In this document: positions 1 through 8,245 of the stretch, piece by piece
Position numbering within the stretch: position 1 is the stretch's first letter
Layout of the letters: the number at the start of each line of letters is the position of its first letter
DNA from: Candidatus Moraniibacteriota bacterium
Lineage (GTDB): Bacteria; Patescibacteriota; Minisyncoccia; Moranbacterales; UBA1568
DNA length: 64,000 nt
Assembly (NCBI GenBank): GCA_018499985.2
Contig: JAHBAT020000015.1
Location: 17,059 to 81,058 of the forward strand
Direction of reading: 5' to 3'
Notes under the pieces: model-generated
Database searches by the model: none
The model's input: the letters and a program-made list of their open reading frames with translations, nothing else
Told to the model about the DNA's origin: nothing
Translations under genes and position numbers: made by a program

Positions 1-374
1 GTAAGCGTGTCGTTATCGAAGAGCGTATCTATCCCGGGTATGTGCTCGTGGATATGATCGTAACTGATGCTTCATGGTATGTCGTGCGTAATACTCCAAA
101 CGTGACAGGCTTTATCGGACTTGGAACTACTCCTACTCCGATTGACCCAGTCGAAATTGAGAGCCTGAAGAAGCGTATGGGCGTAGCCGAACCGAAATAC
201 AAAATTGACGTTCGCGTGGGAGATTCAGTCAAAATTGCTGACGGACCATTCAAAGACTTTGATGGTAAGATTCAGGAAGTAGACGACGAGAAGGGTAAGG
301 TCAAGGTATTGGTTTCTATCTTTGGACGAGAAACTCCAGTTGAGCTCGATTTCCTTCAGATTCGCAAAGCATAA
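1..374 (+). CDS. nusG: Transcription termination/antitermination factor NusG (5' truncated by window)
   Basis: Frame open from window start (KRVVIEERIYPGYVLV); VRNTPNVTGF and KOW domain GPFKDFDG...IFGRETPVELDF; directly upstream of rplK. Confidence 0.97.
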   Translation, partial: KRVVIEERIYPGYVLVDMIVTDASWYVVRNTPNVTGFIGLGTTPTPIDPVEIESLKKRMGVAEPKYKIDVRVGDSVKIADGPFKDFDGKIQEVDDEKGKVKVLVSIFGRETPVELDFLQIRKA

Positions 375-399
375 CATTACTTATTAAAACGTTACTATT

Positions 400-820
400 A
401 TGGCAAAGACAGTAAAAGCAATGATCAAACTGCAGATTGATGCCGGTAAGGCCAATCCAGCTCCTCCAATTGGACCAGCTCTTGGACAGCACGGTCTCAA
501 TATTCAGGAGTTCTGTACTCGTTTCAACGATCAGACTCGTGACCGTATGGGAGATATTATCCCAGCTGAAATTACCGTGTACGAAGATCGTACTTTTGAT
601 TTCATCTTGAAGACCCGCATCAGATCTTCTCCGTAAGGCTGCCAAAGTAACAAAGGGTTCTGGTAATCCTCTTAAAGACAAGGTGGGTGCTATCACCGAA
701 GCACAACTGACAGAAATTGCAGAAAAGAAGCTTGAAGATTTGAATGCCAATGACGTAGATGCTGCCAAGGATATTATCCGTGGAACTGCTCGCTCAATGG
801 GTATCAAAATTGAAGGGTAA
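400..820 (+). pseudogene. rplK: 50S ribosomal protein L11, frameshifted near 616 (real lesion or assembly error)
   Basis: 400-615 gives MAK...[15 protein letters not shown]...FILKT; another frame from 617 gives [10 protein letters not shown]...[10 protein letters not shown]...[12 protein letters not shown] ending at 820. The conserved TPPAS lacks 5 nt. Confidence 0.93.
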
Positions 821-833
821 TAATTATTTATTT

Positions 834-863
834 GTGGAAGCTCATAATAGGGCGTTTGACCAC
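834..863 (+). promoter_or_regulatory. Probable L1-binding autoregulatory RNA element upstream of rplA
   Basis: GTGG-AA-GCTC-ataata-GGGC-gtttga-CCAC: two stems around an asymmetric internal loop, just before the rplA start; resembles known L1 operators. Confidence 0.6.
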
Positions 864-874
864 GAAGTATACAT

Positions 875-1564
875 ATGAAACACGGCAAGAAATACAGAGG
901 AGTAGTAGAAGGTCTTGATCTTCGCAAAGAATACACTCCAGAAGAGGCAATCGCTTTTTTGAAAGCGCATCCAATCGCTAAGTTTGATGAGTCTTTTGAA
1001 GTTCACATGAAGCTTGGAATCAATCCAAAGAAGTCAGACGAACTCATTCGTTCTACAGCAGTCCTTCCTCATGGAACGGGTCGCAGTCAGAAGGTAGCCG
1101 TAGTAACAAGTACTAAAGAAAAAGAAGCCAAAGATGCTGGTGCTGATATGGTAGGCGCCGAAGACCTGATTGATGATATCAAGACTGGTAAAGTCAATGC
1201 GGGTGTAGACTTCCAGGTTCTTCTTGCTACTCCAGAAATGATGCCAAAGCTTGCTACTATCGCTAAGATTCTTGGACCAAAGGGTTTGATGCCAAGCCCA
1301 AAGTCTGAGACGGTAACTGCTAAGGTAGGAGAAGTGATTGATGTTCTCAAGAAGGGTAAGAAAGTCAGCTACAAAAACGACGACACTGCCAATGTGCATC
1401 AGATGATTGGAAAGCTTTCTTTCTCAGAAGCTCAAATTCTCGAAAATTATCAAGCTTTCCGTGAGAGTATTGATAGAGCAAAGCCGGAGGCTTTGAAGGG
1501 TCGCCTGATCCGCTCTATGGTTTTTAGCTCAACTATGGGCCCTGGACTCATCGTCAAAATCTAA
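875..1564 (+). CDS. rplA: 50S ribosomal protein L1
   Basis: AKFDESFE, LPHGTG, LGPKGLMPSPK, SSTMGPG motifs; follows rplK. Confidence 0.98.
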   Translation: MKHGKKYRGVVEGLDLRKEYTPEEAIAFLKAHPIAKFDESFEVHMKLGINPKKSDELIRSTAVLPHGTGRSQKVAVVTSTKEKEAKDAGADMVGAEDLIDDIKTGKVNAGVDFQVLLATPEMMPKLATIAKILGPKGLMPSPKSETVTAKVGEVIDVLKKGKKVSYKNDDTANVHQMIGKLSFSEAQILENYQAFRESIDRAKPEALKGRLIRSMVFSSTMGPGLIVKI

Positions 1565-1568
1565 GTCT

Positions 1569-1600
1569 AAAACCCGAGTTTTACTCGGGTTTTTGCTTTT
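1569..1600 (+). terminator. Intrinsic terminator after rplA
   Basis: AAAACCCGAG-tttta-CTCGGGTTTT followed by T-rich tail. Confidence 0.85.
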
Positions 1601-1630
1601 ATAGAGGGAATTTGGTATTGTTAGGTTAGT

Positions 1631-1760
1631 TTTTTGAAACTCCTTTTTTCTATCATAAAAGTGCCAGCGCACTTTTATTGCTGTTTCGCTCGTAACCGCT
1701 CGACAAGCTCGCGGACCAGGCTTACTCACTCAAAACCGCGAAAAAAGAAGTTTACAAAAA
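1631..1760. repeat. Structured intergenic element with terminal inverted repeats (MITE/REP-like)
   Basis: Arms TTTTTGAAACTCCTTTTTT (1631-1649) and AAAAAAGAAGTTTACAAAAA (1741-1760) nearly complementary; inner hairpins ATAAAAGTGC/GCACTTTTAT and CCGC-TCGACAAGCTC-GCGG. Confidence 0.6.
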
Positions 1761-1789
1761 TATTCATCTATTTTTAAATTTCAACAGGT

Positions 1790-2365
1790 ATGATTCTTTC
1801 AGATCGAGACATCAAAAAAGAGATTAAAGCTGGCAACATTAGTTTGAAGCCGTATAAGCCAGAGTGTGTACAGCCAGCCAGTGTCGATATTCATCTCGAC
1901 AAACATTTTCTCGTGTTTGATACCTCTAAGCACTTTGTGATTGATCCCAAAGCCCCAGTGCAGGATCTTATGAAGCCAGTCGTGATTAGCGAGAAAGAAC
2001 CCTTTATTCTTCATCCACAAGAATTTGCTCTTGGGCTGATTCTCGAAGAAACAGGCGTATCAGATAAGCTCGTGGGTCGCCTAGAAGGCAAGAGCTCTCT
2101 TGGTCGTCTCGGACTTATCATTCATACGACTGCGGGGTATCTTGATCCAGGCAACAAGCTGAAGATGACTCTCGAGCTTTACAATGCTGGACGCCTTCCA
2201 ATCAAACTTTACTACAAGATGGCTATTGGTCAGATAGCTTTTGAGTACCTGTCCTCACCTTGTGAAAGACCGTATGGAAGCAAGGGTCTCAATAGTAAGT
2301 ATTATGGAGATCAGAAGCCAGTAGCTAGCAAGATGAGTCTCAACTTCAATAAGAAGAAAAAATAG
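1790..2365 (+). CDS. dcd: dCTP deaminase
   Basis: MILSDRDI, QPASVD, EGKSSLGRLG, TAGYLDPG, TLEL, IGQI motifs. Confidence 0.95.
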   Translation: MILSDRDIKKEIKAGNISLKPYKPECVQPASVDIHLDKHFLVFDTSKHFVIDPKAPVQDLMKPVVISEKEPFILHPQEFALGLILEETGVSDKLVGRLEGKSSLGRLGLIIHTTAGYLDPGNKLKMTLELYNAGRLPIKLYYKMAIGQIAFEYLSSPCERPYGSKGLNSKYYGDQKPVASKMSLNFNKKKK

Positions 2366-2370
2366 ACCAA

Positions 2371-2396
2371 AAAACCCTGCATTTGGCAGGGTTTTG
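2371..2396 (+). terminator. Intrinsic terminator after dcd
   Basis: AAAACCCTGC-atttg-GCAGGGTTTT. Confidence 0.8.
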
Positions 2397-2554
2397 TCTT
2401 GGGGGCTGTATGCTACACTTAAAGGAGTCATAATAAAAACCTATGAATCCCGTTAGAGTTTTCAAGTGTGGTGTAGAGGGTTTATCGGTGATGGTCTCAA
2501 AGATGCATAAACAATTATAAAGTAAAGAAAATTAATTATTAAAGCTCTAATGGG

Positions 2555-3490
2555 ATGAAACAATATCTTGACCTTTTGAGTCATATCATGGAAACAGGGG
2601 CTGACAAGGGCGACCGTACAGGCACAGGTACCAAAAGCGTTTTTGGGTATCAAATGCGCTTTGATTTGAGTCAGGGCTTTCCGTTGCTAACTACCAAAAA
2701 ACTGCCCTTTAATATGATTGCCAATGAGCTCCTGTGGTTTTTGGATGGGAGTACCAATATTCGTCCGCTTCTGGCTAACAATATCCATATTTGGGATGAC
2801 TGGCCTTTCAAGAGCTATCTTATGCAAAATAATTTACCAGTCCCAGCTCCCAATACCCCAGAGTGGGAACAGGGGATTAAAGACTTTACAGATAAGGTAT
2901 TGGCTGATGAGGAGTTTGCAAGAGAATATGGCGAGCTTGGCCCTGTCTACGGGTATCAGTGGCGATCTTGGCCTGCTCCAGATGGACGCCATGTCGATCA
3001 AATTACGGAGGTGATTAAGCAGCTTAAAAATTCTCCAGATTCACGTCGTATGATTGTGAGTGCCTGGAATGTAGCTGATATTGAAGAAATGGCAAAGAGC
3101 GGCTTACCACCTTGCCACTGTCTATTTCAGTTTTATGTAGCTCCTTCAACGGGCTCGGGACCTGGCCGGCTTTCATGCCAGTTGTATCAGCGGAGTTGTG
3201 ATACTTTTTTGGGAGTACCATTTAATATTGCCTCGTATGCTCTTTTGACCCACATGATGGCCCAGGTCTGTGGACTTGAACCCGGAGAGTTTGTTTGGAC
3301 TGGTGGTGATGTGCATTTGTATAACAATCACTTCGAACAGGTACAAACACAGCTAGGGCGTACCTCGAAAGATTTGCCAAAGCTTTGGCTTAATCCAGAG
3401 GTTAAGGATATCTTTGATTTTACAATTGATGATATGCGAATAGAAAATTACAACCCAGAACCTGGTATTAGGGCACCTATAGCAGTGTAG
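2555..3490 (+). CDS. thyA: Thymidylate synthase ThyA (with a short PSTGSGP insertion)
   Basis: [48 protein letters not shown] motifs. Confidence 0.98.
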   Translation: MKQYLDLLSHIMETGADKGDRTGTGTKSVFGYQMRFDLSQGFPLLTTKKLPFNMIANELLWFLDGSTNIRPLLANNIHIWDDWPFKSYLMQNNLPVPAPNTPEWEQGIKDFTDKVLADEEFAREYGELGPVYGYQWRSWPAPDGRHVDQITEVIKQLKNSPDSRRMIVSAWNVADIEEMAKSGLPPCHCLFQFYVAPSTGSGPGRLSCQLYQRSCDTFLGVPFNIASYALLTHMMAQVCGLEPGEFVWTGGDVHLYNNHFEQVQTQLGRTSKDLPKLWLNPEVKDIFDFTIDDMRIENYNPEPGIRAPIAV

Positions 3491-3535
3491 ATAGATTGGT
3501 TGAGGATATGTATAAAATCAGGTACAGTAGAGAAT

Positions 3536-4027
3536 ATGCAAAAACCAAGAATAAGTATCATTTCTGCTATTGCAGAGGCAAATAGAGGTATAGGTAGGGC
3601 CAATACCTTACTTTGGGACATTAAGGCTGATATGGCTCATTTTAAGAGTCTTACTACTGGTCATGTGGTCATTATGGGGGAGCGCACGTATCATTCTATT
3701 GGCCGAGCCCTTCCTAATCGCATCAATATTGTCCTTACCGATAATCAAGAGTTTGACGCTCCAAATGTGCTGACGGTTTACTCAGTAGATGAGGCTTTAG
3801 AGGTAGCGAAGCTTCATGAGCAAGAAGAAATTTTTGTGATTGGGGGAGGTAGTATTTATGCTCAGTTTTTGCCGCACACAGACCGTCTCTATCTAACACT
3901 TGTAAGCGGCGAGTATGATGCAGATGTGTTTTTTCCAGAGTACCAAGATTTTACAAAAGTAGTAGAAGAACAATCTGGCAGTGAAGGGACGTATACATTT
4001 CGTTTTGTAACATTAGAAAAAAATTAA
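3536..4027 (+). CDS. folA: Dihydrofolate reductase
   Basis: IG..N.LLW, DMAHFK, VIMGERTY, LPNRINIVL, FVIGGGSIY, DVFFP; start set at ATG 3536. Confidence 0.96.
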   Translation: MQKPRISIISAIAEANRGIGRANTLLWDIKADMAHFKSLTTGHVVIMGERTYHSIGRALPNRINIVLTDNQEFDAPNVLTVYSVDEALEVAKLHEQEEIFVIGGGSIYAQFLPHTDRLYLTLVSGEYDADVFFPEYQDFTKVVEEQSGSEGTYTFRFVTLEKN

Positions 4028-4038
4028 TATACACACAT

Positions 4039-4596
4039 ATGGCAATTGTTGTTGGCGTAACCGGAGAAATGGCATCAGGTAAAGATACCGTCACGGAATA
4101 CTTGGTAGAAAAATACGGTGCCAAGAAGTATCGTTTCTCAGATATATTGAGAGAAATTTTGGATTTACTTTTTGTGCCTCAGACACGAGAAAACCTTACA
4201 AGGCTTTCCATTCTTTTGCGCCAAGGCTTTGGCGATGATCTTTTGGCTAAGGTGATTGAGAAAAGAGCTGAAGATGATAAGACGCATCCGATTCTTGTTA
4301 TTGATGGTATTCGTCGTTATCAAGATATTGCTTATTTCAATAGTCTTGACGGTTTTACTCTTTGGTATGTGGATGCCTCTTTCGAGACACGTTATGAGCG
4401 ACTTACTATGCGTTCTCAAAACGTAGATGATATGACTAAGTCAGAAGAAGAATTCCGTGCTGAGCACGAATTTGAAACAGAAAAAACAGTACCTGCACTC
4501 AAAGAACATGCCAATGAGGTTATCAATAATGAAGGTATGCTTGATGAGCTTCATCGTAAGGTAGACGTCATTATGGCTAAGCTAGGAGTTAATTAG
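4039..4596 (+). CDS. P-loop nucleotide kinase (dephospho-CoA kinase/dNMP kinase-like)
   Basis: GVTGEMASGKDT Walker A, LVIDGIRR, RYERLTMR lid, INNEG; NMP-kinase fold pattern. Confidence 0.75.
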   Translation: MAIVVGVTGEMASGKDTVTEYLVEKYGAKKYRFSDILREILDLLFVPQTRENLTRLSILLRQGFGDDLLAKVIEKRAEDDKTHPILVIDGIRRYQDIAYFNSLDGFTLWYVDASFETRYERLTMRSQNVDDMTKSEEEFRAEHEFETEKTVPALKEHANEVINNEGMLDELHRKVDVIMAKLGVN

Positions 4597-4611
4597 GGGT
4601 AAGGAAATTCT

Positions 4612-5301
4612 ATGCCGAAGGGAAAACTGATTGTGATTGATGGACTCGATGGTGCGGGTAAGGCTACTCAAGCGGCACTGTTGGTAGCGCGACTCAAAAA
4701 AGAAGGAAAAAAAGTGGTCACATTGGATTTTCCACAGTACCAAAATAATTTTTTCGGTGCTTTTATCGGTGAGTGTCTTGCTTCCAAGCATGGCGATTTT
4801 TTGAATCTTTCACCGCATATTGCATCAGTACTGTATGCGAGTGATCGCTTTGAGGCCTCGGTCAAAATTAAGCGTTGGCTTAAAGAAGGAAAATACGTTG
4901 TCTTAGATAGGTATGTCAGTGCCAATCAGATTCATCAGGGCGGTAAGATTAAGGATATAAAAGAACGGAAGAAATTCTTGGAATGGCTCAGTACTATGGA
5001 GTATGGAGTTTTTCAGATACCACGACCAGACAAAGTAATTTTTCTTGATGTTACTCCTGAGGTCACGCGTCGTATGCTTGAGAATCAAGTAAATAAAAAA
5101 GATAAAAAAATCTACTTAGGAAAAGATGCGAAAGATGTTGTAGAAGAGAGTATGGAGTATATGCTTGCTAGTAGGGTCTCAGCCTTGTGGATAGCAAAGA
5201 CAGAAAAGAACTGGACTAAGATAAGTTGTATCAAGGGACAGGAGATTCTGCCACGTGAAGTCATTGCAGAAAAAGTATATCAAGCAGTAACAGTAAAGTA
5301 A
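4612..5301 (+). CDS. tmk: Thymidylate kinase
   Basis: IVIDGLDGAGKATQ P-loop, VVLDRY, PRPDKVIFLDV. Confidence 0.92.
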   Translation: MPKGKLIVIDGLDGAGKATQAALLVARLKKEGKKVVTLDFPQYQNNFFGAFIGECLASKHGDFLNLSPHIASVLYASDRFEASVKIKRWLKEGKYVVLDRYVSANQIHQGGKIKDIKERKKFLEWLSTMEYGVFQIPRPDKVIFLDVTPEVTRRMLENQVNKKDKKIYLGKDAKDVVEESMEYMLASRVSALWIAKTEKNWTKISCIKGQEILPREVIAEKVYQAVTVK

Positions 5302-5303
5302 GT

Positions 5304-5729
5304 ATGATTATTCAAGCCAAAAAAATACACCCAGAAGCAAAGCTTCCAGAACGAGCACATGCATCCGATGCTGGTTTGGACCTCTTTATTCTAGATGACG
5401 TAGTCCTAGAGAAAGGAGCTATAGTCGTCTTGGGTACCGGTATTGCTATGGCTATTCCAGAGGGATACGTGGGTCTGATCTGGGATAAATCTGGCTTGGC
5501 TGCAAGGCATGGCCTTACGTGTTTGGGTGGTGTGATAGATGCGGGTTATCGTGGAGAAATTATGGTGACGCTCGCCAACCTAGGAACTGACGCGTATACT
5601 ATAACTAAACACCAAAAAATAGCCCAACTCTTGATTCAAGAAGTAGCTCTCCCTAAGCTAGAAGAGGTAGAAGAGTTAGATGAAACTTTACGAGGAGAGA
5701 ACCGCTTTGGAAGTACAGGTACACATTAA
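5304..5729 (+). CDS. dut: dUTPase
   Basis: AGLDL, KSGLA, GVIDAGYRGEI, KIAQL, RGENRFGSTG. Confidence 0.96.
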   Translation: MIIQAKKIHPEAKLPERAHASDAGLDLFILDDVVLEKGAIVVLGTGIAMAIPEGYVGLIWDKSGLAARHGLTCLGGVIDAGYRGEIMVTLANLGTDAYTITKHQKIAQLLIQEVALPKLEEVEELDETLRGENRFGSTGTH

Positions 5730-5741
5730 AGAAAGACATTT

Positions 5742-7223
5742 ATGACAAAGTATATTCCCGTTATTGGTATGGAGGTTCACGTAGAACTCAAAACAGCTTC
5801 AAAGATGTTTTGTAGTTGTCCGAATGGACTTGGACTTGAAACAACCCCGAATACACATATCTGTTCAGTGTGCACTGGACAGCCGGGGAGTTTGCCGGTG
5901 CCTAATGCTCAGGCTATCGAAAGTGTGCAGCGTGTCGGCTTGGCTTTGAACTGTAAGCTTGCTACCAAGAGTAAATTTGACCGCAAAAATTATTTTTATC
6001 CGGATCTTCCAAAAGGCTATCAGATTTCTCAGTACGACGAGCCTTTTTGTGGTCCGGGTACAATAGAAGTAAATAGTAAGAGTTTTGGTATTACTCGTAT
6101 CCATATGGAGGAGGATACTGGTAAGCTGACACATCCAACAGGAGCTGACTATACATTGGTAGATTATAATCGTGGAGGAGTGCCTTTGATGGAACTTGTG
6201 ACCGAACCAGATTTTGATAATAGTGCTGATGTCAAAGCATTTTGTCAGCGTTTGCAGCAAATTCTTCGTTATCTAGAAGTATCTGATGCCAACATGGAAA
6301 AGGGGCAGATGCGTTGTGAAGTCAATATTTCTCTTCACAGAGAAGGTGAGGATAAATTTTCTGGCACCAAAGTAGAAGTAAAAAATTTGAATTCTTTCCG
6401 TGTAGTAGAGCGTACTATTGAGTATGAAATTAAGCGTCAGACAGAAGCTCTTGAAAAAGGCGAGGCTCTCGTGCAAGAGACTCGAGGATGGGATGAAAAT
6501 AAAGGTGAAACATTTTCACAGCGTAAAAAAGAGTCTGCTCATGATTACCGTTATTTTCCAGAGCCGGATATTTTACCTTTTCAATTCGATGAAAAATACT
6601 TTGCTGAACTAAAAAGCACTTTGCCAGAATTGCCTTTGGCTAAGTCTAAGCGTTTCATGGAACAGTATGGCCTAAATGAAGCAGATGTTATCCTTCTTGT
6701 AGAAGATAAGCACTTCGCGGGATTTTTTGAATCTGCAGTCAGTGAGCTAGAAGAGAAAAAGCAATCAGGTGAACTTACTTCTGATATAGAGCGCGCACGG
6801 AAGCTTGCGGTCAACTATCTTTTGACAGAGCTCCGCAAGCATTTATACGAAGCAGGGCAGACCATTCAGGACACCCGTATTACGCCAGAAAATTATGCGG
6901 AGTTCATCGCTCTAGTAGCCGATGGTAAAATTAATTCGAGTGCAGCTCAGACAGTACTTCTGGAGATGTTTCGGGGAAGTGATGGAGACACCGATCCATC
7001 GCATATTATAGAGCGGCTCAATCTCGGTCAGGTCAATGATACGGAAGCACTCGAAAAAGCTGTCATGGAAGTAATGGCTGCCAATGAGCAATCAGTAGTG
7101 GATTATAAGGCTGGCAAAGAAAACGCTTTGAAGTTTCTTATGGGGCAGGTAATGAAGGCTTCGGGAGGACGTGCTAATCCACAGGTTGTGACTGAAATTT
7201 TAAAGAACAAGCTTTCGGAATAA
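5742..7223 (+). CDS. gatB: Asp/Glu-tRNA amidotransferase subunit B
   Basis: IGMEVHVEL, FDRKNYFYPDLPKGYQISQ, HMEEDTGK, DYRYFPEPD, LMGQVMK. Confidence 0.98.
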   Translation: MTKYIPVIGMEVHVELKTASKMFCSCPNGLGLETTPNTHICSVCTGQPGSLPVPNAQAIESVQRVGLALNCKLATKSKFDRKNYFYPDLPKGYQISQYDEPFCGPGTIEVNSKSFGITRIHMEEDTGKLTHPTGADYTLVDYNRGGVPLMELVTEPDFDNSADVKAFCQRLQQILRYLEVSDANMEKGQMRCEVNISLHREGEDKFSGTKVEVKNLNSFRVVERTIEYEIKRQTEALEKGEALVQETRGWDENKGETFSQRKKESAHDYRYFPEPDILPFQFDEKYFAELKSTLPELPLAKSKRFMEQYGLNEADVILLVEDKHFAGFFESAVSELEEKKQSGELTSDIERARKLAVNYLLTELRKHLYEAGQTIQDTRITPENYAEFIALVADGKINSSAAQTVLLEMFRGSDGDTDPSHIIERLNLGQVNDTEALEKAVMEVMAANEQSVVDYKAGKENALKFLMGQVMKASGGRANPQVVTEILKNKLSE

Positions 7224-7255
7224 GAGGAAGATTTACCTACCTTTTTATTTCCAAT

Positions 7256-7285
7256 AAAAAAACCTCCTATACAAGAGGTTTTTTT
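7256..7285. terminator. Bidirectional terminator between convergent gatB and miaA
   Basis: AAAAAAACCTC...GAGGTTTTTTT with A/T tracts on both sides. Confidence 0.75.
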
Positions 7286-8207
7286 AAGAGGCTTTTTTCT
7301 CAAGAAGAGTAAATGCTTCGGTAGGATTTTTGACCCAGTTGATTTTCCAACCAAGGGTCTCCATGCGACGAAGCCAGGTAATCTGACGCTTAGCATAGCG
7401 ATTGACTTCACGCATCAGCTCGACTTCCATTTCGGCCCGCTTCTTTTTCTTTTGAAGGAAAAGAGCTATGTATTTGTATTCAAGACCAAAAGCCTCAAGA
7501 CGTTTAAAGCTTACCCCTGACTTTTCGAGGCGCTCTACTTCTTGGACCATCCCTTCCTTGAAGCGATCCTTCATGCGTTTGCGGATATTACCTTGGTGAG
7601 TATAGCGGTCGAGGTTTATAGCAAAGATTTGGTAGTTCTCATTTTTGATTTTGACATGATCTACCGGAGGGACAACGCCAAGTACTTCGATAATTTCTAA
7701 AGCACGGATGAGGCGAATAGGATTTTTGCGGTCAATTGTCTTAGCGCGGGCAGGATCTTTTTCTTTGACCATGGCAAAAAGTTCTTCAAGAGAGAGTTTC
7801 CCGAGTCGCTCACGAAGTTCAGGGTTAGGTTTGACTCCAGGAAAAGATTGGCTCTCCATGTACGCCTGAATCCAAAAGCCGGTTCCTCCACAAAAAATAG
7901 GCGTCTTACCCTTGGCGCGGATAGCTTCTTCGGCTACTTTGGCATCACGGAGAAAGTTAGTGACATTGTAATCAGTGTTTGGATCTGCAACATCCAGGAG
8001 GTGATGAGGGGCTTGTTTTTGTTCAGCTTTTGTCACTTTGCCACTGCCAATATCCATGCCTTTGTAGACTTGGCGACTGTCCACAGAAATAATCTCCCCA
8101 TTGTATTTACGGGCAATTTCGATAGCCAAAGAAGACTTACCTGAGGCAGTCGGTCCAAGGATTACAATAGCGGGGGAGGTGTTTTTCATAGAAATGAATT
8201 CTGACAT
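7284..8207 (-). CDS. miaA: tRNA dimethylallyltransferase
   Basis: GPTASGKS, DSRQVYKGMDIGSGK, HHLLD, GGTG, RLIRALE, YAKRQITW. Confidence 0.97.
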   Translation of the reverse strand: MSEFISMKNTSPAIVILGPTASGKSSLAIEIARKYNGEIISVDSRQVYKGMDIGSGKVTKAEQKQAPHHLLDVADPNTDYNVTNFLRDAKVAEEAIRAKGKTPIFCGGTGFWIQAYMESQSFPGVKPNPELRERLGKLSLEELFAMVKEKDPARAKTIDRKNPIRLIRALEIIEVLGVVPPVDHVKIKNENYQIFAINLDRYTHQGNIRKRMKDRFKEGMVQEVERLEKSGVSFKRLEAFGLEYKYIALFLQKKKKRAEMEVELMREVNRYAKRQITWLRRMETLGWKINWVKNPTEAFTLLEKKAS

Positions 8208-8245
8208 ACTTTAGCTTTTTTGTAAAGAGATAAGTTGAGAAATCT

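Noticed and set aside
610..636. Programmed frameshift in rplK
   Set aside because: Two conserved Pro codons are physically missing, so recoding would not restore the protein; no slippery heptamer.
2443..2520. Short ORF MNPVRVFKC... upstream of thyA
   Set aside because: 25 codons starting in a CCCGTTAG repeat half-site; no coding support.
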